Source: Balanoglossus misakiensis
Lineage: Eukaryota; Animalia; Hemichordata
Direction of reading: 5' to 3'
NCBI GenBank assembly: GCA_040954595.2
Contig: CM082595.2
Location: 5,110,137 to 5,174,136 of the forward strand
Length of the DNA stretch: 64,000 nt
Shown here: in pieces, positions 52,367 to 63,172 of the stretch
Numbering within the stretch: position 1 is the stretch's first letter
Layout: every line of letters begins with the position of its first letter
Notes under the pieces: model-generated
What the model saw: only the letters and a program-made list of their open reading frames with translations
What the model was told of the DNA's origin: nothing
Database searches by the model: none
Program-made: the position numbers and the translations under genes

Positions 52367-53589
52367 CACACACACAATTACATTGCTAAGTTATCCCTCA
52401 TATTTATTTTAATGTTATTTTATTTTCGTCCTTAGGTGCAGGGAAGTTGCCATGGACTCGGTTGTACACATCAATTAAGATTTAATGCAGTTTTGGAATC
52501 TATCAATCGTACAATATTCCTAAGTTTTAAAACTATTGACAGTTATACATGCACACATTCTAGACTGCCTATTTCTATTATTGTCAGAGCATTTCAAACT
52601 TGTCCGCTTATTTTATAAAGTAAATAAAAGAATTGCGTTATTCGAGAGAAATTGTCTGTTCTGTCTTTGTGGTGACCCTGACATTCATTACGAACACTAG
52701 CTGTGACTTTTATCTAAAATGCAATGAAATTACATTATGCTATGTTAGGAACTGGATCAAAGTCTTCTGAATTGACTGGAAATTAACATCCCTTATGGAG
52801 AAACATGCTAAAGGCAATTTCAGATTTGAATAAAGTGAGGAATACTGCAAATTTTTTTAACTAGAAACACTCTCAAATTTGAATTTCAAAATGGCCGCCA
52901 AAATTAACTGAGAAACATTCTCAAATTTGAATTTCAAAATGGCCGCCAAAATTTACTGAGAAACATGCTAAAGGCAATTTCATTATTACCAATTAGACAT
53001 GTGATAAATCAATAATGAGCACAATTTTCAGACTTGACTGTTCTGTGCGACTCCTAAATCAACTGGAATTGTAAATATAATTCTGTTTCAAATTCAGTCA
53101 GTTTTCACTTTCTGTTATGAGTTATTGCAATTTTTATTCTTCATGTGAACAAACTGTACGAGTTTTGATTTCAAACTTTGTCAGCTCATTTTATATGAAT
53201 AAAGATAACTTGCAAAATTCAAGAGAAGTTGTCTGCCCTCTCTTTGTGGTGATCCTGACACTCTTTAAGGACACTATCTGTGATGTTTATATTTTTCCTT
53301 CTGTGGATTCCCTACAATTACACATTTTGGAGGTTTATAGTAATTATGCATGTGACCTATGATATCATTCAGGGATTAAAGAAGCTAGTTTATCAAAGAT
53401 GCGAAAAGTTAAAATGAGTTCTACATGCTACCCTTAAAGACTAAACATATAGCCAGAAATAGTTTATGAAACTTACTACAGTCAGCTAACATTTATCCAA
53501 AATGCAATCTGACTACTATTAACAATTAATTATTAAGCTCTTTTAGGACTTAGATTAAACTATCATTTTAGCAGATTATACTACATGAA

Positions 53590-53775
53590 TCTCTGGGGAT
53601 CATCCAATAAGATGACCACTGTTACTTCATATGGCTATCCAGACAACACCTCGCAACAGCCACAGAGATCAGAACACCTGACCTCTGGGGATGGTCAAAT
53701 AGATGACCATACACCAAGACTGTTACTTCATATGGCTATCCAGACAACCTCGCAACAGCTACCAGAGATCAGTAC
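53590..53775 (+). repeat. Two-copy ~95-bp tandem duplication
   Basis: ctgttacttcatatggctatccagacaac..ctcgcaacagc..cagagatcag occurs twice. Confidence 0.85.
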
Positions 53776-53926
53776 TTCACTAAAGGGCGTGGGCTACTTC
53801 AGTGACGGGTGGGTCAAAGGTCAATAAAGTAGTAATTTCTAACAACTAAACTTGGCAATGCCCAGACAAATCCAATAAAGCACACACATCCAACAAAGTA
53901 ACAATGTAAAGCATTTCTCTACCAGA

Positions 53927-55950
53927 TTTATTATTGTTCATTACTAAAGTGACAAAGTTGCTCTCTGTTGACCCATTTTGACATGAAGATTTCTATGCCG
54001 TTTAATTTACTTCTTGAAATATGCCAAAATACTATTGTGGAAACTAGCTACTCTTATGGCAAGACAATTATAGATTTCGCGAAATCATCTGCATGCTTGC
54101 AACTGACGAGTCAAGATCATCTCTATAGGTCACGTCCATGACAAATATTACCATTCTCTTGAAAAGGCTTGTCCCGAGCAAAAATTGATGATGTTGCACT
54201 GAATAAATTGATACACAACTGCCCTAACGAACGAAATAAAATAATATCCAGCAAGTCAACACGAACGCGATTGTCTGCCATCAATGCATCTGACTGACTC
54301 AATTGAGTAATTGTAATGATTGACGTACCATCACTTCTCCATTGAAGACTGCGGTTGAGTTGGGCTTGGTGAAGTGTTGCATCCACAACGTTCTAAATAA
54401 AAACAGTCAACAAAAGAGAGTAAGTTTCATGAAGACAGATATGTATACACCACTAAAATGACAAACGAAATTCTCACAAGTTGTGTTAATGAATTTAGAG
54501 ATACATAAACTTGAACAGGCAAGTTTTGAACTTGGTACTAACTTTCCAATGAAAAATAAAAGTTATTAAACGAAGCGTGTAAAGGTCTATAGCCACTGGC
54601 ACAAAATGAACAACGAATAACAATTCATTTGTTCATACTCGGGGGAAAAGAGACACCCCCCCCCCAAAAAAAAAAAAAGAACGGAGGTTTCGAGTCGTTT
54701 CGGTACTTTCGGACCGAAATTTTCCTTGGGCTGTTATAAAAGTTGAGTGGCGCATTTATTTACAGAGTATTCGAATAAATAATAACGTTGAGTGGCATCG
54801 ACGCATAAACGGCAAACTTGTTTACAGCTTGTTGTACCAACGGTAACAAAATTTTCCGGCCTCGCCTGTCAACGACCATTACGGGACGACAATACGTAGC
54901 GACGGGGACAGATTACAACTGCCCGTGAAGAGCGAGTCGGTAAAACGGTCGCCGGGGAACTATAATATACGGTATCAAACGAAACTGACAAACACTGTAA
55001 GCCAGTGAAATTTCGCGAACTTCGCGAGAGTCAAATAAAATTAAAAAGTCGCGAAAAAAAATGCCGCACGCACACTTAAGAAAATTTGTTTGAACATCAT
55101 TGTTTCGGGTCCAGAATAAAAGTACAATAGAACTTTTTTTCGGAGATAATGCAGTTAATTAAATAGGAAACGCGAAAATGAAAATTAATAGTCGCCTCTT
55201 TTGGTATCGCGAAAACTTCTTGTTGCGAAAAAAATCCGCTTAACAGCTAGTATACATTTACGGTATCAACAAAGCCTCAAACACGTTCGATGGCTTAGCT
55301 TCCCATCATTACGGAAAAACGCGTTTCTCGTTTTCCGTGCTCAAAAGTTTTACGTACTGCAGTACCATGTGAAAATGTAGGCTAACCGTTTCTTGTTTTG
55401 CATGCATATCTGACCACGAAACAAACCTTTCCACTATCGAGGAACACAGTTAAAGCGCTTGTACAATTAAATGAAATCAATTTTGTTTAGCGGCCGCATA
55501 GACAAAGGCCGGAACATGGCGGTGTCGGAAAATCTAGAATCCCGGGTAGTGGCTAGCTAAAATTCCGTTGGTTCCTTTGCTTCACCGCGGAGCTTACTTT
55601 GCGAGTTTACAAGTCCGACTTATAAGAGCGCAAACTACGACGATACATTACCTATAATCGTTTCATGTCAGTAATACGGCTACGTTTGTACTTCGGGAGA
55701 AATAGAGTCATTTTAGCTGCGCTGAAAATGGCCGAAACGGCAAGGTTGGGGCCGAACCCGCCACGTGTCGAAACAAACTTTTACCAAAAAGGACACTTAC
55801 AAAAATCCCTGAACAAATATAATGGTCTTACAGACATAAAAAAGCCATAACTTACCTCAACTGACGACATTTACCGCGAAACGAGTGGAAAATGGGAAAT
55901 AAATTTGAGTTTTTCACTGGGAAAGTCAAAGCAAACGTGGGCAAGGAAAA
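53927..55950 (-). ncRNA. Possible second spliced non-coding or decayed transcript, convergent with the + strand unit
   Basis: Strong donor gag|gtaagt after 55856, acceptor ttttatttag|aacg at 54392, AATAAA at 53932-53927, tandem CCAAT boxes upstream. Confidence 0.3.
54995..55246 (+). mobile_element. Diverged CGCGAAA-rich MITE related to 56276-56486
   Basis: ctgtaagc...gcttaacag ends; shares cgcgagag, aaaaagtcgcg, atgcagt..aaata..aacgcgaaaa and tatcgcgaaaa with the second copy. Confidence 0.6.
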
Positions 55951-56059
55951 AACGTGGCTGCAGCTACCACCTAATTATTCATAGTCAGTTGCGCAGTTAT
56001 TGATAAACAAATTTTACCTGGACAGACTGACCATTCACAGACTGTTGTAGTAAATATTG

Positions 56060-56200
56060 CTGATAGCGATTTGCATGCGTATGCTAATTTGAGAGCCCAC
56101 AGACCAGCTGTGTTCATGCAGGGAAGAACCAATCAGGGACTGCAATCAGTCCAGTAAACCAATCAGGGAAATGTGCATGACGCTTAGTAGCGCCCTCAGT
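56060..56200 (-). promoter_or_regulatory. Promoter-like cluster: two aaccaatcaggga CCAAT boxes ~30 bp apart, octamer ATTTGCAT, CTCF-like motif
   Basis: Motifs read directly at ~56147, ~56157-56169, ~56069 and 56189-56203. Confidence 0.4.
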
Positions 56201-56275
56201 AAGCTCTTTGCAAATAATTCTTTACTCCAGTCCGACTTTTTACCCGAGATATGACGTAAAAAGTCGTTGCTTTTT

Positions 56276-56486
56276 CTGTAAAACACTTTATTTTCGCGAG
56301 CATTTAATTTTTTGCCAAATACGCGAGAGCCAAAATAGCGTGAAAATAAAAAGTCGCGTAAATTGTTTTTGAAGATAACGATGCAGTGAATGAAATAAGA
56401 GAACGCGAAAATTAATACTCGCGAAACAGTGGCCTCTCTCTCGATATCGCGAAAATTTTAACTCGCGAAAATAAAGTGTTTTACAG
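56276..56486 (+). mobile_element. CGCGAAA-rich MITE with perfect 25-bp TIRs
   Basis: ctgtaaaacactttattttcgcgag ... ctcgcgaaaataaagtgttttacag, TA on the 3' side. Confidence 0.88.
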
Positions 56487-57415
56487 TATACTCTTCACGA
56501 GAAGAAGTTTCTGGTCAATGTTCTCTTTACGAATCCAGCAAAATGTTTCGGATTGAAAACAACTCGTGCTGCGCTCGCTATTATTGACACAACATGTCTT
56601 TTTTTAATACAAGAAACTTTACTTTCACTTTGAATAATAGAATATTTACATAGTCAGCTTCTAAGAGACGGGGGAAATACACCCTCAAATCGTCACAGGC
56701 TGACGTCACGTCAACACAGGATTCTGTCCGACAATCTCCTGCCCGGTGCCACTGTGAATTCGGTCAATCCTTTGCAGTAGTCACTGACAAAATTTATCGG
56801 CTATGGAAAAAAATCGAACTCAGTTGACTAGAGTCGGTTCTTATCATCATATGACTGGTTGCGGGGAAAAACATCCTTTCCTCGTATTTCAGATGAAAAC
56901 AAAATCTAACTTTCCGAATAGAAGTACATTTCTTTCTATACTGAGGTAACAGAACATTCGTTTCGTATGTTCACTTAGTAACGCTTAATTGTCGCTATTC
57001 GTGTTCGACAACCACCATGGCGCCCTGAATCGCACCACTCTCCCCACAAGAACTATTTTCTATAAAAAGTTACTGAATTGTAAATTCGTCATTGGAAAAC
57101 GACATCAATAGCTAATACTTCAAAAAGTCCCATTTCCAGTCCCGTGGTGCGATGCGCGCTACTTGTATAGGCTCAGAGCAGACGACACTTCCGGAACTAC
57201 CTTCAACCTAACCTCCACATTTCAGTGGTGTAAAACAACAACATGAATCGAAAATTAAATAAATATTTTACAATCTACCCTAATGGGGGTCATGATTCTG
57301 TGCGTTATGCGTCGAGAAAAAAAATAAGGATAAAGGAATCATTAAGTATCCCGCTCAAGCGTTGTATATGGCACGTCACACATATACCAGTACAATCTTA
57401 ACCAACTCACATTAA

Positions 57416-57589
57416 AGGTATACGGTCACCTCCAATTTACATATCGCCATATATAGTTGAAATGGCGTATTTGAGTGTTCTAAAGAACGCTTTATTTTCG
57501 CGTGTGCCACCCACTGAAAATCTGTGATTGGTTAGATCTCGATTTACCATGGTAACTGTGGCTAAATTTGTATAGGTGACCGTATACCT
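57416..57589 (+). mobile_element. Kolobok-type MITE (TTAA TSD, 16-bp TIR) in the SSU72 3' region
   Basis: TTAA-aggtatacggtcacct ... aggtgaccgtatacct-TTAA; second copy at 62988-63172. Confidence 0.9.
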
Positions 57590-58011
57590 TTAAATCCTGT
57601 GAGAAAGTAATCATAACAAATTGCTAAATTTTGCGGCCATTTTGAGTTGTCGCTGATGGTTCTAACTACATGTACCAGAAATCAATGCATTTTCTTGAAA
57701 TATTCTAGGCGCATGCACTCAAAGGAAATTAAACAAACCAAGAAGTTGAATCAAGCAAAACATGATCGAAGCTCTCTGACAAACTTAAACAGCTGACAGA
57801 AAAAATTCTTTAAATACTCCCGACGAACCTTAAAAGAAAATTCTAGCGAGGAATTATCGCAAATTACGACCACATGATATTTTAAACTAAATGAAACATT
57901 GTGAGACTATCACCTGACCAATGTCCAATACTTCTGCTCGACTTGTGAAAATGTAAATAAGAAAACCACCAATGCCAAAAATGCGTTCTGTGAAATCAAT
58001 GTGTAGACTGG

Positions 58012-58113
58012 TCAGTAGAAACACACAGTGTGTAGAACGTCTTTTCCTTCGTCTTGCTCAAACTCTTGAACCAGTTCGTCTATGTCATCTTCCCAGTCGA
58101 CGCATTCTTTGAG
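58012..58113 (-). CDS. SSU72: SSU72 RNA polymerase II CTD phosphatase, exon 5 (LKECVDWEDDIDELVQEFEQDEGKDVLHTVCFY*)
   Basis: ccacag|ctc acceptor; conserved C-terminal LHTVCFY then TGA. Confidence 0.97.
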   Translation of the reverse strand, partial: LKECVDWEDDIDELVQEFEQDEGKDVLHTVCFY

Positions 58114-58193
58114 CTGTGGAGATAGGAGTAAAGAGGGGGTTTAAATTTGACACAATTTGTAAATGTGCGAATATCTCTTTCCCATTGCAAACA

Positions 58194-58326
58194 TCTCTCT
58201 CCCTCTCTCTCTGTCGCTCTCTCTGTCGCTTTCTCTCTGTGTGTCGCTCTCTCTCTCTCTCTGTCGCTCTCTCTCTCCCTGTCGCTCTCTCTCTCTCTCC
58301 CTCTCTCGACGCTTTCTCTCTCTCTG

Positions 58327-58361
<35 letters not shown>

Positions 58362-58391
58362 TTCTCATTCTCTCCCCCCCCTCTCTCTCTC
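58194..58391. repeat. Compound (CT)n/(CTGTCG) microsatellite in SSU72 intron 4
   Basis: Read directly. Confidence 0.97.
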
Positions 58392-58408
58392 CGCAAAGAC
58401 CTACGTAC

Positions 58409-58527
58409 CCTATTACAAAGATTCAAAATATGAAAACTGCCTATGACCGCTTCCTCGTGGTTGTCTTGTATATCGATGTTCATTATGTGAACACTCTGGC
58501 CAGTTTCTTGTTCTCGGGTCTCGAAGT
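58409..58527 (-). CDS. SSU72: SSU72 exon 4 (DFETREQETGQSVHIMNIDIQDNHEEAVIGSFHILNLCNR)
   Basis: ttacag|ac...agg|gtacgt, 119 nt; conserved DIQDNHEEA motif. Confidence 0.97.
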
Positions 58528-58739
58528 CTGTAACGATAATAATGACGTCAGAACAATGGAAAAATGGGGGAAGAAAAAGGCCCCAGTATAAGATCGGTAG
58601 ACATGCGAAAGAAGGCAAGATTTCAGAGTGCGAATTAAAAACAGGTTTTTTAATTAAGATAAGTGCGGAATGGACAGTTTCATTCACTACCACAACGCGC
58701 GATCAGTCACTTGACAACCAACTTAGATTTTGGGCGTAC

Positions 58740-58879
58740 CTTCGATAATTTGATCATAGACTCTCTCTTCGCAAGTGATGACGATGTCGAATTTTTCCTT
58801 GGAGGACTGGAATCTTTCCGGCTTGGCCTTGATTCTTTTATTCCTGTCCAGCATGTGGAGTATTCCATTCTGTGTGTAT
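58740..58879 (-). CDS. SSU72: SSU72 exon 3 (YTQNGILHMLDRNKRIKAKPERFQSSKEKFDIVITCEERVYDQIIE)
   Basis: gtcag|a...gaag|gtacgc, 140 nt; nearly identical to vertebrate SSU72. Confidence 0.98.
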
Positions 58880-60936
58880 CTGACATTCACGTTAAGGAAA
58901 AACCGTGATTTTGTTTTCAACAAAAAAGAGCGAAAATGTCTCTCAAGGCAAGTGGCTCATGAATTGAACGATACAAGACGGACAAGACAACACGGACAGT
59001 CAGAGAGATAGATAAACGGTTACTTTAGCACGCAGCCACTCATACTCACACGAATTCTGGCGAAAAAATACAAATTAACCCATTTTACAACTTTTAAGTA
59101 AAAGTGAATAAAAGTACACATGGGTGCGAAATTGCCCATCGTCGTAAAATCTCGACCTCTTTACGGCAACTACTAGAGTACTGCGACTTCGCGGAGCTTG
59201 CGAGAAAGAAGCCAGGATTCGAACGCTTTTCCCCCTGGTTTTCCAACTGTCTCTGCCTGCCATCTTTCTTTTCCTGGTCTCTGTGACTTTCACTTGTCGC
59301 AAAATCCGCCGGAAACTCCGCGACGCGTGAGTCGTTGCTCTTTTGTTTGCAGCTTGAGTTACTGAGGTCAATGACCTTTTCGTCAGGACGCGCGCGTAGT
59401 GGGCGTGGCATGACCGCGTGTCACGAGAACGATCAAGGTCAACTTGAAACACCAAGAGGTAGCCGTACTGTAGTCTTGGTAACTGATGACCAGAATGGGC
59501 AACCACACCCAACCTGCACCCTGTTACCATAGATACCTGCTAACACAGCATACCGATCAAGGTTGACCAAAAGTTATCAAATAAAGTAGCATCCATTAAT
59601 CTGCATCACCATGGAAACATGTGAACGATATCAGTAATCAACTTCAGAGGCAACCACTAGTCTCACAAGCTTTCAGGTATTAGTGTTCCATCCATTGGTT
59701 GAGGGGGGGTGTCCCCCATGATTTGCCAGAAAATTGGCAGGGGGAGGGGGTAGATGGGAATCACTCTGGCAAGGGAGACTGTAATATGTGATAACCCCTT
59801 AACAAATTGCTTTGAGCGCAAACATGGGGATAATCACCCTCCCCTATCTACTACTGAATGATAGACCGTGATACAAGCTACCAGCTCTATTGTATCCCAG
59901 AAGATGAGAAATGTACACCATAATCTGAAGATGTAATATTATGACAGAAGTAGGGGAAGTTTTATGATTTCAATATTGACATCAACCCTCAATCACAGAC
60001 AGGTCTGACCATCGTATAGTCGAGGCTGGGTAGTATTGAAGACAACATAAGCCATAAGCCCCTCTTGTAACATGGTCACAATACAACCATGTATTATAGA
60101 TTGCAAGAGGGACACCAGTTGCCATGACGCTGTTGCTCAATAGGCCACTTGCATGACCCCTATGTGACCTTCACACCCTGACAGTCAACCATACAATGTG
60201 AACTCATCCATGAACAAAAATAGTTGAACATTGTATGTGATGTTGAATGATGCCATACCAACAAAACATCAGGATGCAAGGTCACTCAGGGGTCAAGAAA
60301 GAGGTCCATTGGTGATTTGGCCCATAAAGTGCGAGGCTGGAGTGAAGCAGCCCAAAGAAGGGAAATGATGGGACCCACTACCAGTGTGCCCTCTAAGCCC
60401 ATATGACGTGCCGTCGACTCAACAAACTCACTGGTGACTCAAGAATCATGAATACATGCAAAGGTACAGGGCTGACTCGGATTTTTTTAGAAATCCTAAA
60501 TTTGACTCAAAGCTTTTAAATATTGCTTGTAAGAGGACACACTGCTGTCGACCATAAACTACTTTTTAGTAAACAACTCCTGTGCATAAAAGATTTCTCA
60601 CAGAGTACAAACCTTGAACGTGTCAGGTCAAGTCCAAGGCAAGGGCAGTCGATATGCACATCTACGTCCAGGAAGTAATTCCCCTGTTACCAAGGCATAG
60701 TCATTTCACTCCATCCACAGCCAGAGATGAACACACCACATCGTGCCAGTCTCTAAATCAGTCAATTCTCTCCTCTGTACGTCTGATGTCAAACTCGGGA
60801 TCAAGGCAGGACTTAGTTCGTAGAGATGACAACATCAACAGTAGACACTGAATCTTCTTGGATGAAGCCAGCCAGGTGCTTCAGGCAACCATGATGAGTG
60901 GAACAGGTTTTAATATCATTCACAAAGTGGGTCTAA

Positions 60937-61021
60937 CCCTTCCACCCCTATTTCCCTCTACAGAGGTCCAACTTTACCATAGAACACAATAGATCTGGGC
61001 CGAACCATAGTGGTGAAAGGG
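60937..61021 (+). mobile_element. ~85-bp piggyBac-like MITE
   Basis: (c)taa-cccttccacc ... ggtgaaaggg-ttaa; homologous to the copies at 14338 and 1768. Confidence 0.7.
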
Positions 61022-61584
61022 TTAAAGGCCCTAGTTATTTAACACACACTAGGAAATCTCAGGACACCACAGCCCTGTTTTCTGCTTGTCAGAACACACA
61101 GTGAAGTACCTCAGGGTAAAAATTTTCAGATTACTGAATGATTGAACCGTACATAACAGGGGTGAGTTGAATTGTGACAAGTAGTCCTTGAGTGAATACC
61201 TGAACAACTTAAAATAAGCCATCCGATAAATCAAATAATGACAAAAGTAAGCAACTAAAAGCACCATAAGCTGCAACTTGTGGAAATTTCTCTATTGTTT
61301 TTATCTATTGCAGTTTCATTTTAATCCCTAAAACATAATGAAATGCCCAGCATTTATCAACACAGTCGATATGCAGTCAGCTTTTATATTATTGTTGGAA
61401 ATTGAATTAAAGGATGGACAAAAAATTCATTTGTCAACAATAACGATGTTTGTAAACACTAAGACTATGGTGTCAAATACTGGACATTTTAGTATGCCAG
61501 GGGATGTAATGCAAGAAAACATGGTTGATGCACTAGACAAAAATACTGAAAAATGGCAAAAATTTATAGCTAATGTCCCTTTAA

Positions 61585-61879
61585 GGTATTATATGCCTCA
61601 GGGTTTTTGATATGTGAGGAATATTTCAGAAAACAATCAAATTATGGTGTCCACCATATTGTCTTCATAAAAATTGCAACTTTAATATCTCCATAGAGTT
61701 AACACTAACAGAATTTGGCGGCCATTTTGAATTTCAAATTTTTGACAATTTTGCCCTCATTCTTAAGTTTGCATAGTAAATAAAAATTCAACTTTCTTTC
61801 TAAATTTTAAGAGTATCCAGAATGTTGCCCTGAGCAAAATGTGTGAAGTTTATGACTGATTTTTGAAGGGTTTTCTACC
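61585..61879 (+). mobile_element. Degenerate TTAA-flanked MITE (GGTA...TACC ends)
   Basis: TTAA-ggtat ... ctacc-TTAA; the internal ggcggccattttgaatttcaaa motif recurs in reverse at ~52875-52950. Confidence 0.5.
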
Positions 61880-62775
61880 TTAAAGAGATGTTTTGTCTTT
61901 ACTTTCTTACGATGCACTAGGTGGACTTTTAAAAAATTAAAAAAGAAAAATACAGACAAGCCATAACCACAAACCACTCTTGATTTTTTTTGCTAGTTCA
62001 CTCATTTTACAACTGCAAAATTTCCATAATTCAAACATTTGCACCAAACTCTTTGTGTATCATTTCTATAAACTGAATGGTACAGGCTTGTCTATGTCCA
62101 AGGGTTTAAAGTGAATCCAAACACAATCATTTGTGTGTTACAGATGTTCTTTATTAAAATTCTCGAATAGTAATATTTACAACATACAAGTGGACCTATA
62201 TATGAGTGACCCCTGAACTACGACTCCAACTTTCAATTGGTTGGTCAAATAGTAAGGGGTCCTCGCACCTTTGACGTCTCCATCTGAGCAATTCCTCAGC
62301 AGGCAAGCATAAACAAAAGAACTACGAATCTCAACTGTTGAGGGCAGTTGATTTGTTAACTTATGGGATGGGGAAAAGTGCTTACCACAAATACTAGGAC
62401 TAGCGTATACATTTTCCCCCCTTTTCTATATCGCAGTAAGTTCATGGTTAGTATTCCTGACAATTTCACATGAAATCTCCATATATTATTCTATTTAGAA
62501 CTAAAATCACTACTGTATTAACTATGAAAATCTGCAAAGCTCTCTTACCTGCAATCAAAGATTATACTAACGTGACTAAAGCAAAATATTTTTGTTACCA
62601 GTGCAATTGTATGTATTGAAGACATCACATCAATACATTCTCGCATCTTGCATCCACATTCACTGTTATGTTGGGAGAAATCATTGACAAACTAGCATTC
62701 ACACACAGACACACTCAGCTGAAACACGACAGAGAACTTCCCTGCAATGGAAGTACATTTTGAACACCTGGATAC

Positions 62776-62919
62776 AAATTAATATCCTTTGCGGACAAAT
62801 CTTTGGTCATTTGCTCATAGGTAGTATTGAAATCATAGACGTTGGGTTTGTCCGCCGCTGGTCCCGGTAGCTTGACATGTGTGCCCGTGCCGAACGACTT
62901 CACATTGAATCCTTTTTTA
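62776..62919 (-). CDS. SSU72: SSU72 exon 2 (KKGFNVKSFGTGTHVKLPGPAADKPNVYDFNTTYEQMTKDLSAKDIN)
   Basis: cttacag|t...aattt|gtatcc, 144 nt; conserved SFGTGTHVKLPGP. Confidence 0.98.
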
Positions 62920-62987
62920 CTGTAAGATAGAAAACAGAAAGGCGACATGATGAACTGAAAAATGTGTATATGCACCTTGATCTTTAA

Positions 62988-63172
62988 AGGTATACAGTCA
63001 CCTCCAATTTACATACGCCCCTATATGGCTGAAATGGCGTATTTGAGCGTTTTAAAGAACATATGGTGGCGCTCTTTTTTTCGAGTGTGCCACCCACTGA
63101 AAAGCTGTGATTGGCTAGATCTCAATTTGCCATGGCAACTGTAGCTAATTTTCTATAGGTGACCGTACACCT
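62988..63172 (+). mobile_element. Kolobok-type MITE, second copy (SSU72 intron 1)
   Basis: TTAA-aggtatacagtcacct ... aggtgaccgtacacct-TTAA. Confidence 0.9.

Larger units (their letters stand above)
45100..52650 (+). ncRNA. Predicted spliced long non-coding RNA (exons ~45100-45182, 45807-45952, 50084-50155, 50397-50473, 51878-51945, 52436-~52650)
   Basis: Ordered series of polypyrimidine-AG acceptors and donors (ag|gtatag, tg|gtgagt, ag|gtaaga twice, aag|gcaagt). Upstream ETS-like accggaaac and YY1-like aatatggcggcgccc; AATAAA 52623-52628. Only short ORFs in the joined exons. Confidence 0.45.
58880..62775 (-). other. SSU72 intron 2, U12-type (minor spliceosome) GT-AG intron
   Basis: Branch site TTTTCCTTAAC (58901-58891) ends 11 nt before the exon, with no polypyrimidine tract. 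The donor is GTATCCAG: GTATCC matches the U12 consensus, +7/+8 deviate. Confidence 0.85.

Noticed and set aside
54123-54386. 87-aa ORF in the predicted - strand terminal exon
   Set aside because: No family recognised; a decayed transposon gene cannot be excluded without tBLASTx/HMM searches.
58085-58693. ORFs rich in ER or LS dipeptides
   Set aside because: Translations of the (CT)n microsatellite; only the embedded SSU72 exon 4 is real.
59205-59270. Pol III B-box-like GTTCGAATCC on the - strand
   Set aside because: No cloverleaf or convincing A box; insufficient for a tRNA or SINE call.
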